A stretch of 64,000 nt of DNA from a bacterium (GTDB lineage: Bacteria; Patescibacteriota; Microgenomatia; Woykebacterales; RBG-16-39-9b), in assembly GCA_030704665.1 (NCBI GenBank), contig JAUYID010000009.1:458460-522459 (forward strand). The letters are read 5' to 3'. The position numbers and the translations under genes were made by a program. Each line of letters starts with the position of its first letter. The first letter of the stretch is position 1. Under the pieces are notes generated by a model. It made no database searches. It worked only from the letters and a program-made list of their open reading frames with translations, and was not told the DNA's origin. Shown piece after piece: positions 36,690 through 46,680 of this stretch.

Positions 36690-37334
36690 ATGAAAACAAA
36701 ATTTTCTTTACTCAAAAGACTCTTTCAAGGTAGTGACAATGCAAAAGGCTTCAATTTGCGCAAGCAAAATAGTCCCGCGTTTCAACGTGGGTTTACCCTA
36801 GTTGAACTGCTTGTTGTCATTGCGGTGATTGGAATTCTGGTTACTCTCGTCATCGTCGCCGTGGATCCAGTTCAAGTCATTCGTAAATCGCAGGATACAC
36901 GCCGCCGCAGTGATTTACAGGCGATGCGAGTGGCCCTGCAGCAGTTTTACAATGACTACAAGTATTACCCGAGAAACAATAACGAAGGTAAGCTTTACTG
37001 CTGGAGTCTTTCCGGTTCCGACGGAACTCTCTTGAGTTTTACTGGCACGACCGCCTGGAGCTCGAATGGAAGCTCGAGCTGCACGACCTCGGACACCTCC
37101 TATATCAAAGCTTTGCCGAAGAACCCTACTTTTACCACGGGTGGCTACTATTACCAAGTTTTTGATGGTCCCTACCCGTATCAAAGCTACCGTCTGTTGA
37201 CCAACCTTTCCTACCCGAGCACTGATGATACTAATTCTTACACGAAATGTGGGGCGATCAACACTGGAACTAGTGTCATCACGGTCAACAATCCCTCGGT
37301 ACCAACCGTCAATTTTGCTCTTTGTAGTGACTAG
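36690..37334 (+). CDS. Type IV pilin paralog
   Basis: ...QRG, then FTLVELLVVIAVIGIL. Confidence 0.8.
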   Translation: MKTKFSLLKRLFQGSDNAKGFNLRKQNSPAFQRGFTLVELLVVIAVIGILVTLVIVAVDPVQVIRKSQDTRRRSDLQAMRVALQQFYNDYKYYPRNNNEGKLYCWSLSGSDGTLLSFTGTTAWSSNGSSSCTTSDTSYIKALPKNPTFTTGGYYYQVFDGPYPYQSYRLLTNLSYPSTDDTNSYTKCGAINTGTSVITVNNPSVPTVNFALCSD

Positions 37335-37343
37335 GATTTTCCC

Positions 37344-37865
37344 ATGCTGACTCATCAAAAAGAAAAAGGTCTTGGTTTGATTGGGATTATAATTTTGCTT
37401 GCCCTGATTTTTGCAGCCCTCAACGTTTACTCCTACTACAACCCAAGTTTTTCTCTGTCCAAGTACTCACTTTTTAACTTTATCCGAGCTAAAAAAGATG
37501 AGACTAGAAAAAACGATTTGAAGAGACTACAAGAAGCCCTGCAGCGCTACTATGACAAAAACGGCAACACTTACCCAGGAACGATTGGGGTTTGCGGTCG
37601 AATTGTTTCCGTCCTGCATAGTGAAGTCATCACTGTTTTGAAACCTTATTTTCCGGAGAACGAATTTCCCGCCGACCCTTCTTTTAGCGGCACTTACAAA
37701 GACTATTTTTATACCAAACTTCCCAACGAGGGTTATGCCTTGATGGCGGTGCTGGAAATTCCACCGACTATTGCTGCGGATGAAAAAGATAGATACAATT
37801 TTGTTCGTTGCTATGATTGGCCCGGGAACGGGGTCTACAACTACCGGCTCGACAACCCTCAGTAA
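37344..37865 (+). CDS. Pilin-like protein with a degenerate prepilin signal
   Basis: EKG, then LGLIGIIILLALIF. Pilin-helix NDLKRLQEALQRYYDKNGNTYP. Confidence 0.45.
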   Translation: MLTHQKEKGLGLIGIIILLALIFAALNVYSYYNPSFSLSKYSLFNFIRAKKDETRKNDLKRLQEALQRYYDKNGNTYPGTIGVCGRIVSVLHSEVITVLKPYFPENEFPADPSFSGTYKDYFYTKLPNEGYALMAVLEIPPTIAADEKDRYNFVRCYDWPGNGVYNYRLDNPQ

Positions 37866-37908
37866 GAGATTTGAAAGAGTCAGGGAATTTTGTTACTCTT
37901 AATATTAG

Positions 37909-38823
37909 ATGAATCTGCCCTCCCCGACGAGCTTGAAATTTAACTATAAAAAAAGTTTTCCTGAGTTTGGGTTTACTTTGCTCTCAGCAAAGCAGTCGCT
38001 TGCGCAGCAAGGGATTACTTTTCCTAATGTGAAGAGGAAAAGCAGTCGAGCCGAAGCGGGGTTTAATTTTCTGAGTGGAGCGAAGAAAAATAGCCCAGAG
38101 ACTCAGCGAGGGTTTACCCTGGTCGAACTCCTTGTAGTGGTGGCGATCATCGGTATTCTGACCTCGGTTGCGGTGGCCTCTTACAACAGTTTCAACCGTA
38201 GCCAGACGGTCAAAATTGCTGCTCTCAACATTAAATCAGATCTACGGGCTGCCAAAACCGATTCCATTGCCGGGCGCAAGGACGCTACCTGTCGGGCCGA
38301 CTCTTTTAACAACGACACCGGCTCTGTTGGAGCCGATGGTAAAGATGATTACACTTTGATTGGCTATTACGTTACTTTTAGTACCTCAAACCTTTCTGCA
38401 GACCGCCCCAACCAAAACTATTATGTTATTAACCAACGCTGCAAACTTGACGGTGTTATCACTCCGAACCCACCGGTTACTCCACAGTACCGCGCCGGGA
38501 CAGATGTAATCAAGGCTCTGCCAGTTGGTTCACGTTTGCAGTCTATTGATCTGCTAAATTCAGCCGGAGGGGCTTGTTCGATTGGTAATATAGCTTTAAG
38601 CCTTGAATTTTTGACGGTCAACAAAACCGATACCACTATTGCCGGCAACGTTGGTTTTTACAACTTCGTTTTGACAACAAGCGCACTAAGCACCTTTCCC
38701 CCTCCGTCGGGGAATATTTTTACTTGTGCTAAGGTTCGCTTAGTACTATCTGGAAACGCAACCAACGTTGTTTATTACGTTTACATTGAAAATAACGGTA
38801 ATATTTCCGAGGCAAGAAAATAA
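37909..38823 (+). CDS. Pilin-like protein with an unusually long leader of about 67 aa
   Basis: ...ETQRG, then FTLVELLVVVAIIGIL. The start could be a downstream non-ATG codon. Confidence 0.65.
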   Translation: MNLPSPTSLKFNYKKSFPEFGFTLLSAKQSLAQQGITFPNVKRKSSRAEAGFNFLSGAKKNSPETQRGFTLVELLVVVAIIGILTSVAVASYNSFNRSQTVKIAALNIKSDLRAAKTDSIAGRKDATCRADSFNNDTGSVGADGKDDYTLIGYYVTFSTSNLSADRPNQNYYVINQRCKLDGVITPNPPVTPQYRAGTDVIKALPVGSRLQSIDLLNSAGGACSIGNIALSLEFLTVNKTDTTIAGNVGFYNFVLTTSALSTFPPPSGNIFTCAKVRLVLSGNATNVVYYVYIENNGNISEARK

Positions 38824-39482
38824 TGGATTTAAAAATCTTTAGAAAACAAAAAGGGCAAACCTTGATCGAAGTGGTGGTGGCGATTGCCTTGGCTTTAATT
38901 ATTATCACTGCGTTGGTTAGTTTGACTTCTCGTACCAACCAAAATGCGAACTCCTCAAAAATTGCTGAGGTGGCTGCCAAATTTGCTCAAGAAGGACAGG
39001 AGGCGGTCAGACAAATTAAACTTAACGATGGGGATATCCGCAACTCTGGTGTTGCCGGGGTCTCAAAGTGGAGCGACCTTTACAAGGCCGGTGTCGCTGG
39101 GACACTCAACCCTCTGCGTCTTGATCTAGTTCAACCCCTCGGTACTCACGGTGGGACTCTGACTCCTGCTTGTGGCGCCGTTGTTTGGTGTTTGGACGGA
39201 GCAAGTTTGGGAACTGCTGAAGCTGGGAGCACAACCGCCCCGGGAACTGGAGGGATTGTAGTCAGCCGTCAAGTAGAAATTTATGATATTGCCGGTGCCT
39301 CTGGAGTCAACGGTTGTTTCCAAAATAGCGGCTCAGGAGGCGCAGTCCCGTTACCTGGTTTCACGGCTCCCCTAGTGTTAAATGCCAATGAGGTTAAAAG
39401 TGTTTTGGTCCTGGTCACTTGGACTGATCAGTCAGGTACCCACAAAATTACCTTGTATGATTGTGTCACCTCAAGAATATGA
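38823..39482 (+). CDS. Minor pilin or pseudopilin (PilV-like)
   Basis: QKG, then QTLIEVVVAIALALII. Confidence 0.65.
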   Translation: MDLKIFRKQKGQTLIEVVVAIALALIIITALVSLTSRTNQNANSSKIAEVAAKFAQEGQEAVRQIKLNDGDIRNSGVAGVSKWSDLYKAGVAGTLNPLRLDLVQPLGTHGGTLTPACGAVVWCLDGASLGTAEAGSTTAPGTGGIVVSRQVEIYDIAGASGVNGCFQNSGSGGAVPLPGFTAPLVLNANEVKSVLVLVTWTDQSGTHKITLYDCVTSRI

Positions 39483-40252
39483 AAAAAACTGCACTGGCAT
39501 TAAATAAAGAAAACGGGTTCAATTTTTCGAGTTTTGAGAGAAAAAATAAACCTTCACTACGTTCAGGACTGCATTTTGCAGAGGCAAAAAGTAGTCCCAC
39601 CGAAGGTGGGTTTACACTGATTGAGATGCTGGTCGTGACGGCAATCCTCGGCTTGTTGCTGGGTATTGCTGCCCAAGTTTTTATCACCATTTTGCGCAAC
39701 CAAAACAAAACTAACTTAACTACCGAAATCCGCCAAAACGCCGCTCTGGTGATTGACACCTTCGAAAGAGATGCTCGTAGCGCGATACAGGCAGAAACAA
39801 TGTGTCCGGGCGGAATCAGTGCTTCTCCACCTTGCTCACTAGATACTAGCAATGCGAGCTTAAGTTTCCTTCTTTCCTCGGCTGGTTACACCGGAGCGGG
39901 TCTTACTTCTTACGGAGTGCGCTTTACTTATCGAAGTGGAGATCAAGTTTACTGGCTTTGTTTGACGGAGGATGCTTCTGTCAGCCCACGCCAGAACGGG
40001 CGCTTCATGCGTGGAAGCAACCCTTCGGCTACTTCCCTAGCAGTAGCACTGACCAATACGAGTAGTACTGACGGAGTCAGCATTACCACTCCTTGCATTA
40101 TCAGTGTTGAAGATACCAGTCAAGTTCATCTTTTGAAACTTGATTTTCAAGCACGAGAAGGTGCCGATGCTCACGTCAATCAAGGCAACAAAACCGACCT
40201 GTCCCAAACCGACGTGCGTTTCACCACCACAGTTGGTTTGAGGTCGTACTAA
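39461..40252 (+). CDS. Pilin-like protein with a long leader
   Basis: ...PTEGG, then FTLIEMLVVTAILGLL. Confidence 0.65.
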   Translation: MCHLKNMKKTALALNKENGFNFSSFERKNKPSLRSGLHFAEAKSSPTEGGFTLIEMLVVTAILGLLLGIAAQVFITILRNQNKTNLTTEIRQNAALVIDTFERDARSAIQAETMCPGGISASPPCSLDTSNASLSFLLSSAGYTGAGLTSYGVRFTYRSGDQVYWLCLTEDASVSPRQNGRFMRGSNPSATSLAVALTNTSSTDGVSITTPCIISVEDTSQVHLLKLDFQAREGADAHVNQGNKTDLSQTDVRFTTTVGLRSY

Positions 40253-40313
40253 ATTGCCAGAGAGCTTGACAGAGACAAGCCAACTTCATTACAATTTTTA
40301 GAGAAAGATCATT

Positions 40314-41348
40314 TTGATGAACCTGCCAGAAAAAGAAACACAGAAGCAAAAAGGCCAAATCCTCATCGTCTTCCTTTTAGTCTTGGTAGTTGGGATCGCT
40401 ATTGTTCTTTCGGTAGCGAGTCGAACTCTGACTGATATCAGAACTACTACTACCTCAGAAGAATCCAACCGTGCTTATTTCGCGGCTGAGGCTGGAGTTG
40501 AATCAGCTCTAAAAAAGATTTCCCAATCGGCTGGTAGTGTCGCCTTTAGTCTGGATTTTAGTGCGGTCAACCAGACCAATGCTGTTGTCAGCGGCAAACC
40601 TTTTCAGAGCGGGACCGATGGATTTTATGCTTTTGCCGACAACATCGCCAAAGATGATGTGGCCCAATTCGTTCTCCTGAACAATTTTAACAATCTGGGA
40701 GGTGGGGCTTACGGAACTTGCGTTTCGGGACCATGCAGTCCGGCAACAGTTGATATTTACTGGCAGGACCCAGCCTCAGCTGAGCCTCCGGCGACCGCCA
40801 TTGAGGTTTCACTGATTTACTATTCTTCGGGAAATTATTCGATCACCAAGTGGGCTTTTGATCCAGACAGTTCTCGAGCTGCTGGAGCATCCGGCAACAA
40901 CTTTTGCTCTGCCAACGTGATTGTTCTGGACCCAGCTCAACCGACTGGCAATCCAAACTCACAAAACCAACTGGCAGCCAACCTCGACAACCAACTCAAA
41001 AAATTTAAATACAAAGCTACTATCAACGTCAGCAACGGACTTTATTCTCCCAACAGTGGCACAAATTGTGTGAACACCGCTGGTAGTGTTGCTGTTGATA
41101 CGGTTAAAGTCATGCTTCGCATCAGGCCGCTTTACAACCATACCGCAGGAGTATCGCGTTCAGAACCGATTGGCGTGCGTCCTCAGGCTGGGGCGGCTTT
41201 GCCACCACAAGGTTTTGTAGTTGAATCAACCGGGCGCACTGCTTCTGGTGTCACACGAAAATTGCGTGTTATCCAGCCTTACCCCTCGCTACCGGCAATT
41301 TTTGACTACGTACTTTTTAACGGTAGCAACCAACCCCTGACCAAGTAA
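40314..41348 (+). CDS. Large minor pilin (PilX-like)
   Basis: QKG, then QILIVFLLVLVVGIAIVL. Confidence 0.5.
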   Translation: MMNLPEKETQKQKGQILIVFLLVLVVGIAIVLSVASRTLTDIRTTTTSEESNRAYFAAEAGVESALKKISQSAGSVAFSLDFSAVNQTNAVVSGKPFQSGTDGFYAFADNIAKDDVAQFVLLNNFNNLGGGAYGTCVSGPCSPATVDIYWQDPASAEPPATAIEVSLIYYSSGNYSITKWAFDPDSSRAAGASGNNFCSANVIVLDPAQPTGNPNSQNQLAANLDNQLKKFKYKATINVSNGLYSPNSGTNCVNTAGSVAVDTVKVMLRIRPLYNHTAGVSRSEPIGVRPQAGAALPPQGFVVESTGRTASGVTRKLRVIQPYPSLPAIFDYVLFNGSNQPLTK

Positions 41349-41424
41349 GTGCACGAAACTCTTGCGCACTAGAAGCAAAATTTGTTAAACTTAATTTTAG
41401 TAATTAATGGCTAATTATTGAACT

Positions 41425-42459
41425 ATGTCTGCCCTAAATCACTTCGGACTCGATATCGGTACACACAGCATCAAAGCAGTTCAGCTTGGTGGTAGTAGTG
41501 AAAGACCAAGTTTTGTTGCTGCCGGACAAGTCAACACACCGGTCAGTATTGCTTCTGCTTCCGAAGAAGACCATCAAAAAATTGCCGAGGCTATCAAAGC
41601 CCTTCACCGCGAAACCCACATTTCGACTGATAAAGTAGTGACTGCTTTGCCGGAATCCCAAATTTTTACTCGGGTGGTTGAGCTGCCAGTTCTATCCGAA
41701 GCTGAAGTAAAAAATGCCATCAAGTGGGAGGCTGAGCAGTACGTTCCGATTCCAATTAGTGAAGTAAAACTTGATTGGCAAATCCTTTCCACTATCAACA
41801 CCCCGGACAAAAAACAGAAAATGGAAGTTTTGCTGGTGGCGGCTCCGACTAGCCTGATTAACAATTACTTACAGATTTTAAAAATGGCCGGTTTGTCAGC
41901 GATTGCCCTTGAGACAGAAATCACTGCCGTGGTTCGGGCTCTGGTGCAAAGAGTTGCTGGAACTCCAACTACAATGGTGGTTAGTATTGGTGCTTCAACT
42001 ACCGATCTTTCGATCGTGACCACTAATCAAATAAATTTCACTCGTTCAATCGCCACCGGTGGTAGTGCTCTAGCCCGTGGGGTTGCCCAGGACCTTGGTT
42101 TCGAGGTTGATCAGGCCACTGAGTACATGAAGACTTACGGACTGGATGCGACCCAACTGGAAGGCAAAGTCTTGCAAGCTATAAAGCCAATTTTTGACGT
42201 TATTGTCAATGAGATTCGGCGTGCCCTGGCTTATTACACTACCCGGCACCCGGAAAGTAGTGTCAAAAGAGTAGTTTTGGCTGGTGGTACAGCTAAACTG
42301 CCGGGCCTGGTTGTTTATTTGGCAGAAATTTTGGGTTTGGAAGTGCAGCTGGGAAACCCTTGGGATGGGATCTCCCTACCTTCATCTTTGTCACAAAAGT
42401 TGACTGAGGACGCGGTTTCCTATCCGGTGGCGGTAGGTTTAGCTCTGAAAACGATTTAA
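41425..42459 (+). CDS. pilM: Type IV pilus assembly protein PilM (actin-like ATPase fold)
   Basis: FGLDIGTHSIKAV ... LAGGTAKLPGL. Confidence 0.85.
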   Translation: MSALNHFGLDIGTHSIKAVQLGGSSERPSFVAAGQVNTPVSIASASEEDHQKIAEAIKALHRETHISTDKVVTALPESQIFTRVVELPVLSEAEVKNAIKWEAEQYVPIPISEVKLDWQILSTINTPDKKQKMEVLLVAAPTSLINNYLQILKMAGLSAIALETEITAVVRALVQRVAGTPTTMVVSIGASTTDLSIVTTNQINFTRSIATGGSALARGVAQDLGFEVDQATEYMKTYGLDATQLEGKVLQAIKPIFDVIVNEIRRALAYYTTRHPESSVKRVVLAGGTAKLPGLVVYLAEILGLEVQLGNPWDGISLPSSLSQKLTEDAVSYPVAVGLALKTI

Positions 42460-42460
42460 A

Positions 42461-43039
42461 ATGGACTCTATCAATCTTCTTCCGCAAGTTGCGGAAACTG
42501 AAATTAAAAAGGATGTTTACAAGAGAAAGATCAGCGTGGCTGCTGTTGCCTCACTTTTGGCAGTGGCGGGGATCATCATTGCCCTTTTTGGCTATCAGCT
42601 TTTCTTGAGCGCTCGGGATCGAACTCTGACTGCGGAAACCACCGAAAAGACAGCCCAAATTACTTCTCCAGAAAACGCCGCACTTGAAGTAAAACAAAGA
42701 GCTTTGATTGGTAAGCTGGAAGCAATCACAGGTTATTTGAACAGCAACAAGTCAACTGCTCGCGCTTTTAAGCAAATTATTACTCTAGCTTCTTCAGGAC
42801 AAGTCAGCCTCTCTAGAGTTGAACTCAGTAGTGCCGGAGCCATTACTGTGGCCGGTTTTGCTTCGACTTCTTCAAACTTAGGACGTTTTTTTGACAACCT
42901 AACTGACGAGAAGGCTACAGTAAGTTTGGAAAAGGTTGTGGCTAGCTCAGTTTCTTTGACAAGCAATAGCTACCAATTTACGGTTCGGCTCAATTACACC
43001 AAACCAGGATTGCTTGACAGAGAGGAGAAAACCCCATGA
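42461..43039 (+). CDS. pilN: Type IV pilus assembly protein PilN
   Basis: INLLPQ start. Single transmembrane helix. 2-nt gap after pilM. Confidence 0.7.
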   Translation: MDSINLLPQVAETEIKKDVYKRKISVAAVASLLAVAGIIIALFGYQLFLSARDRTLTAETTEKTAQITSPENAALEVKQRALIGKLEAITGYLNSNKSTARAFKQIITLASSGQVSLSRVELSSAGAITVAGFASTSSNLGRFFDNLTDEKATVSLEKVVASSVSLTSNSYQFTVRLNYTKPGLLDREEKTP

Positions 43040-43767
43040 AACTCCAAAACCTGAACCTAGACGAATTTTACGGTTACCTCATACCGATAGTTACTTTTCT
43101 GGTTATCTTTGGTTTGGTTCCCTTTGTTATTTTTCCACAGTTGACCAAAATCAAGGATCAAAGCGACGCTATCCGCCAAAAAGACCAGCGTTTGACTAGA
43201 ATAAATGAAAAACTCTCTTTTCTTGCTCAACTTAAAAACAACGAAGCGGCTCTAGTCGAAAGTTTGAACAATGTTGAATTGGCCCTTCCCTCGGGTAAAG
43301 GTTTGGCCCCTCTGATTGAAGGACTAAAAAAACTGGCAGGAAATTCCAATATGGTCTTGAGTTCGGTGACCTTAAGGCCAGGTAAGGTGGCAACTGCTTC
43401 GGCCAAACTTGCCTCTGCGCAAGAAAGTTCCAAGTTGACTTTGAATGTCCAACTGAGTGGCGAAATTGCCGGGTTTGAAAAGTTTTTGACCCTGCTAGAA
43501 CGAGCAAAAAGAATTGTTCTCGTAGAAAGTTTTGCAGCGAACTCAAATCCTGACGGAGAAAGTACTTTTTCCCTGAGCTTGAACGCCCCCTTTAGAGAAG
43601 TTCAGAATCAGGCTACTTCCGAGGATCAAGTCGCCGAGGATATTCCTTCTTTGAGTAGTGAAGAACAAGATTTATACAACAAACTTCAAAGTGACTTTGT
43701 ACTTTACAGTGGTGAAGTCAGTGCTTGTGAGAACTGTACTGGCAAGGTAAAGAACCCTTTTCCCTAG
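43036..43767 (+). CDS. pilO: Type IV pilus assembly protein PilO-like
   Basis: Overlaps pilN. Transmembrane helix plus coiled-coil. Confidence 0.55.
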   Translation: MKLQNLNLDEFYGYLIPIVTFLVIFGLVPFVIFPQLTKIKDQSDAIRQKDQRLTRINEKLSFLAQLKNNEAALVESLNNVELALPSGKGLAPLIEGLKKLAGNSNMVLSSVTLRPGKVATASAKLASAQESSKLTLNVQLSGEIAGFEKFLTLLERAKRIVLVESFAANSNPDGESTFSLSLNAPFREVQNQATSEDQVAEDIPSLSSEEQDLYNKLQSDFVLYSGEVSACENCTGKVKNPFP

Positions 43768-44468
43768 TCGAGTAGATCAGGTCTGACTTTCTTAGTTTTT
43801 TCAAAAGCCGTCTCATGTCTCCATTTTTTGATTTTCTCATGATTTCCGGAAAGTAAAATTTCCGGAACCTTTTGGCCTTGAAACTCGGCTGGTCTAGTAT
43901 AGTGGGGGTATTCAAGAAGCATTTGTTTTTTACCCTCAAGCTCAAAAACCGAAAAAGACTCCTGCTGCGTTGACTTCTCCTTTCCCACAAAACCAGGGAC
44001 AAGTCGAGCTACAGTTTCAAGAACGACCAGAGCGGCAGTTTCCCCACCGTTTAAAATATAGTCCCCAATGGAAATTTCCTGATCAACAAAAAGATCAGTA
44101 AAGCGCTGGTCTACTCCCTCATAGCGACCTGCGACCAAAATTAACTGCTCCTTTTGTACAAGTTCGGCGGCAAGTTTCTGAGTCAGTCTTGTCCCGCCTG
44201 GGCTGAGGAGAATGACTTGTGAGTTTTTGGTCCTTTTCACAGAAGAGAGAGCTTTACTCAAAACATCAACACGCAGAACCATACCTTCTCCACCACCAAA
44301 CGGAGAATCATCAACCTTTTTGTGAGGCCCCTCACCAAAGTCCCTGATATCTAGCAAATTTATTTCTAAAAGATCTTTGGCGAGAGCTTTCTGAAGCAAA
44401 CTTTCCTTCAGGGGGCTAGCGAAAAACTGGGGAAAAAGAGTAAGGATGTCAAAACGCAGTTTCGGCAT
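43764..44468 (-). CDS. trmD: tRNA (guanine37-N1)-methyltransferase
   Basis: MPKLRFDILTLFPQFF. SPOUT knot motifs. Confidence 0.9.
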   Translation of the reverse strand: MPKLRFDILTLFPQFFASPLKESLLQKALAKDLLEINLLDIRDFGEGPHKKVDDSPFGGGEGMVLRVDVLSKALSSVKRTKNSQVILLSPGGTRLTQKLAAELVQKEQLILVAGRYEGVDQRFTDLFVDQEISIGDYILNGGETAALVVLETVARLVPGFVGKEKSTQQESFSVFELEGKKQMLLEYPHYTRPAEFQGQKVPEILLSGNHEKIKKWRHETAFEKTKKVRPDLLD

Positions 44469-44473
44469 TGGAT

Positions 44474-44704
44474 CTAGTCTTCAAGGACCAAGTGAAGTCG
44501 TTTTCGTGCTGGTATTGCTTTGACTTTCAAAGCAGCTCGGAGAGCCTTGATCACTTTACCGCCTTTGCCGATGATCTTCCCAGTTTCTGCCGAGGCAACC
44601 TTTAAATGTAGTATTTGAGTTCCGTTTTCATCACTTTGGGAGATTTGAATCGCTTCGGTTTCGTCAACAATGTTTTCAACTAAATAGCGGAGAAGGTCCT
44701 TCAT
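44474..44704 (-). CDS. KH-domain RNA-binding protein (YlqC-like)
   Basis: GKIIGKGGKVIKALR. Confidence 0.7.
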   Translation of the reverse strand: MKDLLRYLVENIVDETEAIQISQSDENGTQILHLKVASAETGKIIGKGGKVIKALRAALKVKAIPARKRLHLVLED

Positions 44705-44931
44705 AGCTTTTTGATTAAACTGGCCACTGCCTCCGTGGGCTGGGCACCCACAGAAATCCAGTAATCAAAACGATCTTTGTTCACCTGGATTTTGGGTGGG
44801 TTGACAGTTGGATCATAGTTGCCGAGTATTTCTAGGAATTTTCCATCTCGAGGAGAAGACTCATCAGCAGAGATGATTCTATACTTGGCTTGGTTTTTAC
44901 TTCCAACACGGCTAAGTCTGATTTTTACCAT
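44701..44931 (-). CDS. rpsP: 30S ribosomal protein S16
   Basis: MVKIRLSRVGSKNQAKYRI. Confidence 0.9.
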   Translation of the reverse strand: MVKIRLSRVGSKNQAKYRIISADESSPRDGKFLEILGNYDPTVNPPKIQVNKDRFDYWISVGAQPTEAVASLIKKL

Positions 44932-44943
44932 TATCGCGGGATT

Positions 44944-45633
44944 TTAGATCATTTTGGGAAAGTTTGCAAGTGCTTTCTCGGCTGCGTCCTGCTCGGCGCG
45001 CTGTTTGCTTGAGCCTTGACCTTCGGCGACGAGTTTTTCATCGAAATAAACTCCCATCCGAAAAGTTTTAGAGTGATCCGGACCTTCTTCGCTGATGATT
45101 TTGTAAATTGGGGTGACCGAGAGTTTTTCCTGAGATTCTTCCTGAAGAAGACTCTTAAAATCCTTGTAAAGTTTTTGATTGACAATTTCATCGATCGTGG
45201 GAAGTAAAAACTTTTCCACAAAGGTTCGCGCTTTTTCTAAACCAGAGTCTAGATAAATTGCCCCTAAAAAAGATTCAAAAGTGTTAGCCAGAAGGTACTG
45301 CCGGTTTCTGCCACCTGTTGCCTCTTCTCCCTTGGAAAGCAAAAGATGCTCGCCGAGCCCAAGTTGGGCCGATATTTGGGCCAGACTGCGTGCGTTTACC
45401 AAAGCGGAGCGGAAATTGGTCAAATCCCCTTCCGCACTTTCCGGAAATTTGTGATAGAGGTGCTCAGAAACGACAAAACCCAGAATCGAGTCTCCTAAAA
45501 ACTCAAGCCTTTCGTTGTGGGCTAGATTTTCACCTGGGTGCTCGTTTAAATAAGATCGGTGAGTAAAAGCAGTTTTGATCAGCTCTTTGTTTTTAAATTT
45601 TAGTTTTACCTTTTTTTCTAGTTCCTCAAACAC
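44944..45633 (-). CDS. rnc: Ribonuclease III
   Basis: ERLEFLGDSILG signature. C-terminal dsRBD. Confidence 0.9.
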   Translation of the reverse strand: MFEELEKKVKLKFKNKELIKTAFTHRSYLNEHPGENLAHNERLEFLGDSILGFVVSEHLYHKFPESAEGDLTNFRSALVNARSLAQISAQLGLGEHLLLSKGEEATGGRNRQYLLANTFESFLGAIYLDSGLEKARTFVEKFLLPTIDEIVNQKLYKDFKSLLQEESQEKLSVTPIYKIISEEGPDHSKTFRMGVYFDEKLVAEGQGSSKQRAEQDAAEKALANFPKMI

Positions 45634-45700
45634 TTTTTTGTTGTAGTTGGTGATTAGTGAGTAGTGATTGAAATTTCAATCATTATTTACCAACAGCCAG

Positions 45701-45940
45701 CTAAACTTCTCCAATTTGATCAGCGATAAAGATTTCAATGTCCCCGACAGTGTTAAATTTGCCATTTTCTTCAGGGGAGATTTTCACATTAAACTCATCT
45801 TCAAGACTAACAACCAAATCTGCCATACTAAGTGGGTCGGAGTTTAGGTCATCCTGCAAATGAGATTCAGAACTGATCTCGGCTTCATCAACCCCGAGGT
45901 GGTTAGCAACTATTTTCCTAATTTTTTCAAAAGTACTCAT
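45701..45940 (-). CDS. acpP: Acyl carrier protein
   Basis: DLNSDPLSMADLV phosphopantetheine-attachment region. Confidence 0.8.
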   Translation of the reverse strand: MSTFEKIRKIVANHLGVDEAEISSESHLQDDLNSDPLSMADLVVSLEDEFNVKISPEENGKFNTVGDIEIFIADQIGEV

Positions 45941-46407
45941 TTTTTGGTTTTCTTGGTCCCCTCAATTTCCGGCAAAAGTTGTTTCACAACTGTTCCCAGG
46001 ACTCCGTTGACAAACTTTGAAGAGTTTTCTCCACCGAAAGCTTTGGCAAGCTCAACAGCTTCATCAATAGCGACTTTGGGAGGAACACTTCTAGCAATAT
46101 AAATTTCGAAAATCGCAATCCGCAGTATTTCCAGATCAATTTTGGCAATTTGCTCAATTGGCCATTCGGGGGCAGCCTCTTCAATGATTTTATCAAGACT
46201 ATCGAGATTTTCCGTGATTCCCGAAACTAAAAATAAAGCCAGGTCTTTATCAACGTTGATTGAGGCTTCCTCACGGTCGACTCTTGAGTATTCCTCGATA
46301 TCTCTTTCACTGATCGTTTTTATGTTGGTTGAGTTAAAACTCCATTCAAAAAGAGCCTGCAAGGCAACTTTTCTAGCTTCATGTCTTGGGTCAGTTTCTT
46401 GTTTCAT
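45937..46407 (-). CDS. nusB: Transcription antitermination factor NusB
   Basis: PRHEARKVALQALF...FVNGVLG. GGGGAG SD. Start at MKQETD. Confidence 0.8.
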   Translation of the reverse strand: MKQETDPRHEARKVALQALFEWSFNSTNIKTISERDIEEYSRVDREEASINVDKDLALFLVSGITENLDSLDKIIEEAAPEWPIEQIAKIDLEILRIAIFEIYIARSVPPKVAIDEAVELAKAFGGENSSKFVNGVLGTVVKQLLPEIEGTKKTKK

Positions 46408-46412
46408 GAAAA

Positions 46413-46625
46413 TTACTCCCCAGAAACTCTTCTTACTTTTGTTTTTGTTTCCGGGATAGTAACCAAACGTCCACGATACATCCCACAATTTGGACAAGCA
46501 GAGTGAGGGAGACGGTCTGCGCCGCAGTTAGGACACTTAGTTAAGCTGATTTCCTGCAATTTTATACCAGCTCTCCTTCTTCCTTGACGAAGTCGAGATA
46601 GTTTTTTCTTTGGTAATGGTGTCAT
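46413..46625 (-). CDS. rpmF: 50S ribosomal protein L32
   Basis: CPNCGADRLPHSACPNCGMYRG zinc ribbon. Confidence 0.75.
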   Translation of the reverse strand: MTPLPKKKLSRLRQGRRRAGIKLQEISLTKCPNCGADRLPHSACPNCGMYRGRLVTIPETKTKVRRVSGE

Positions 46626-46680
46626 ATCGAAGAAGATTATATTTAAACTGCTCTATGCTGTCAATCAATTTGATCTTTTT

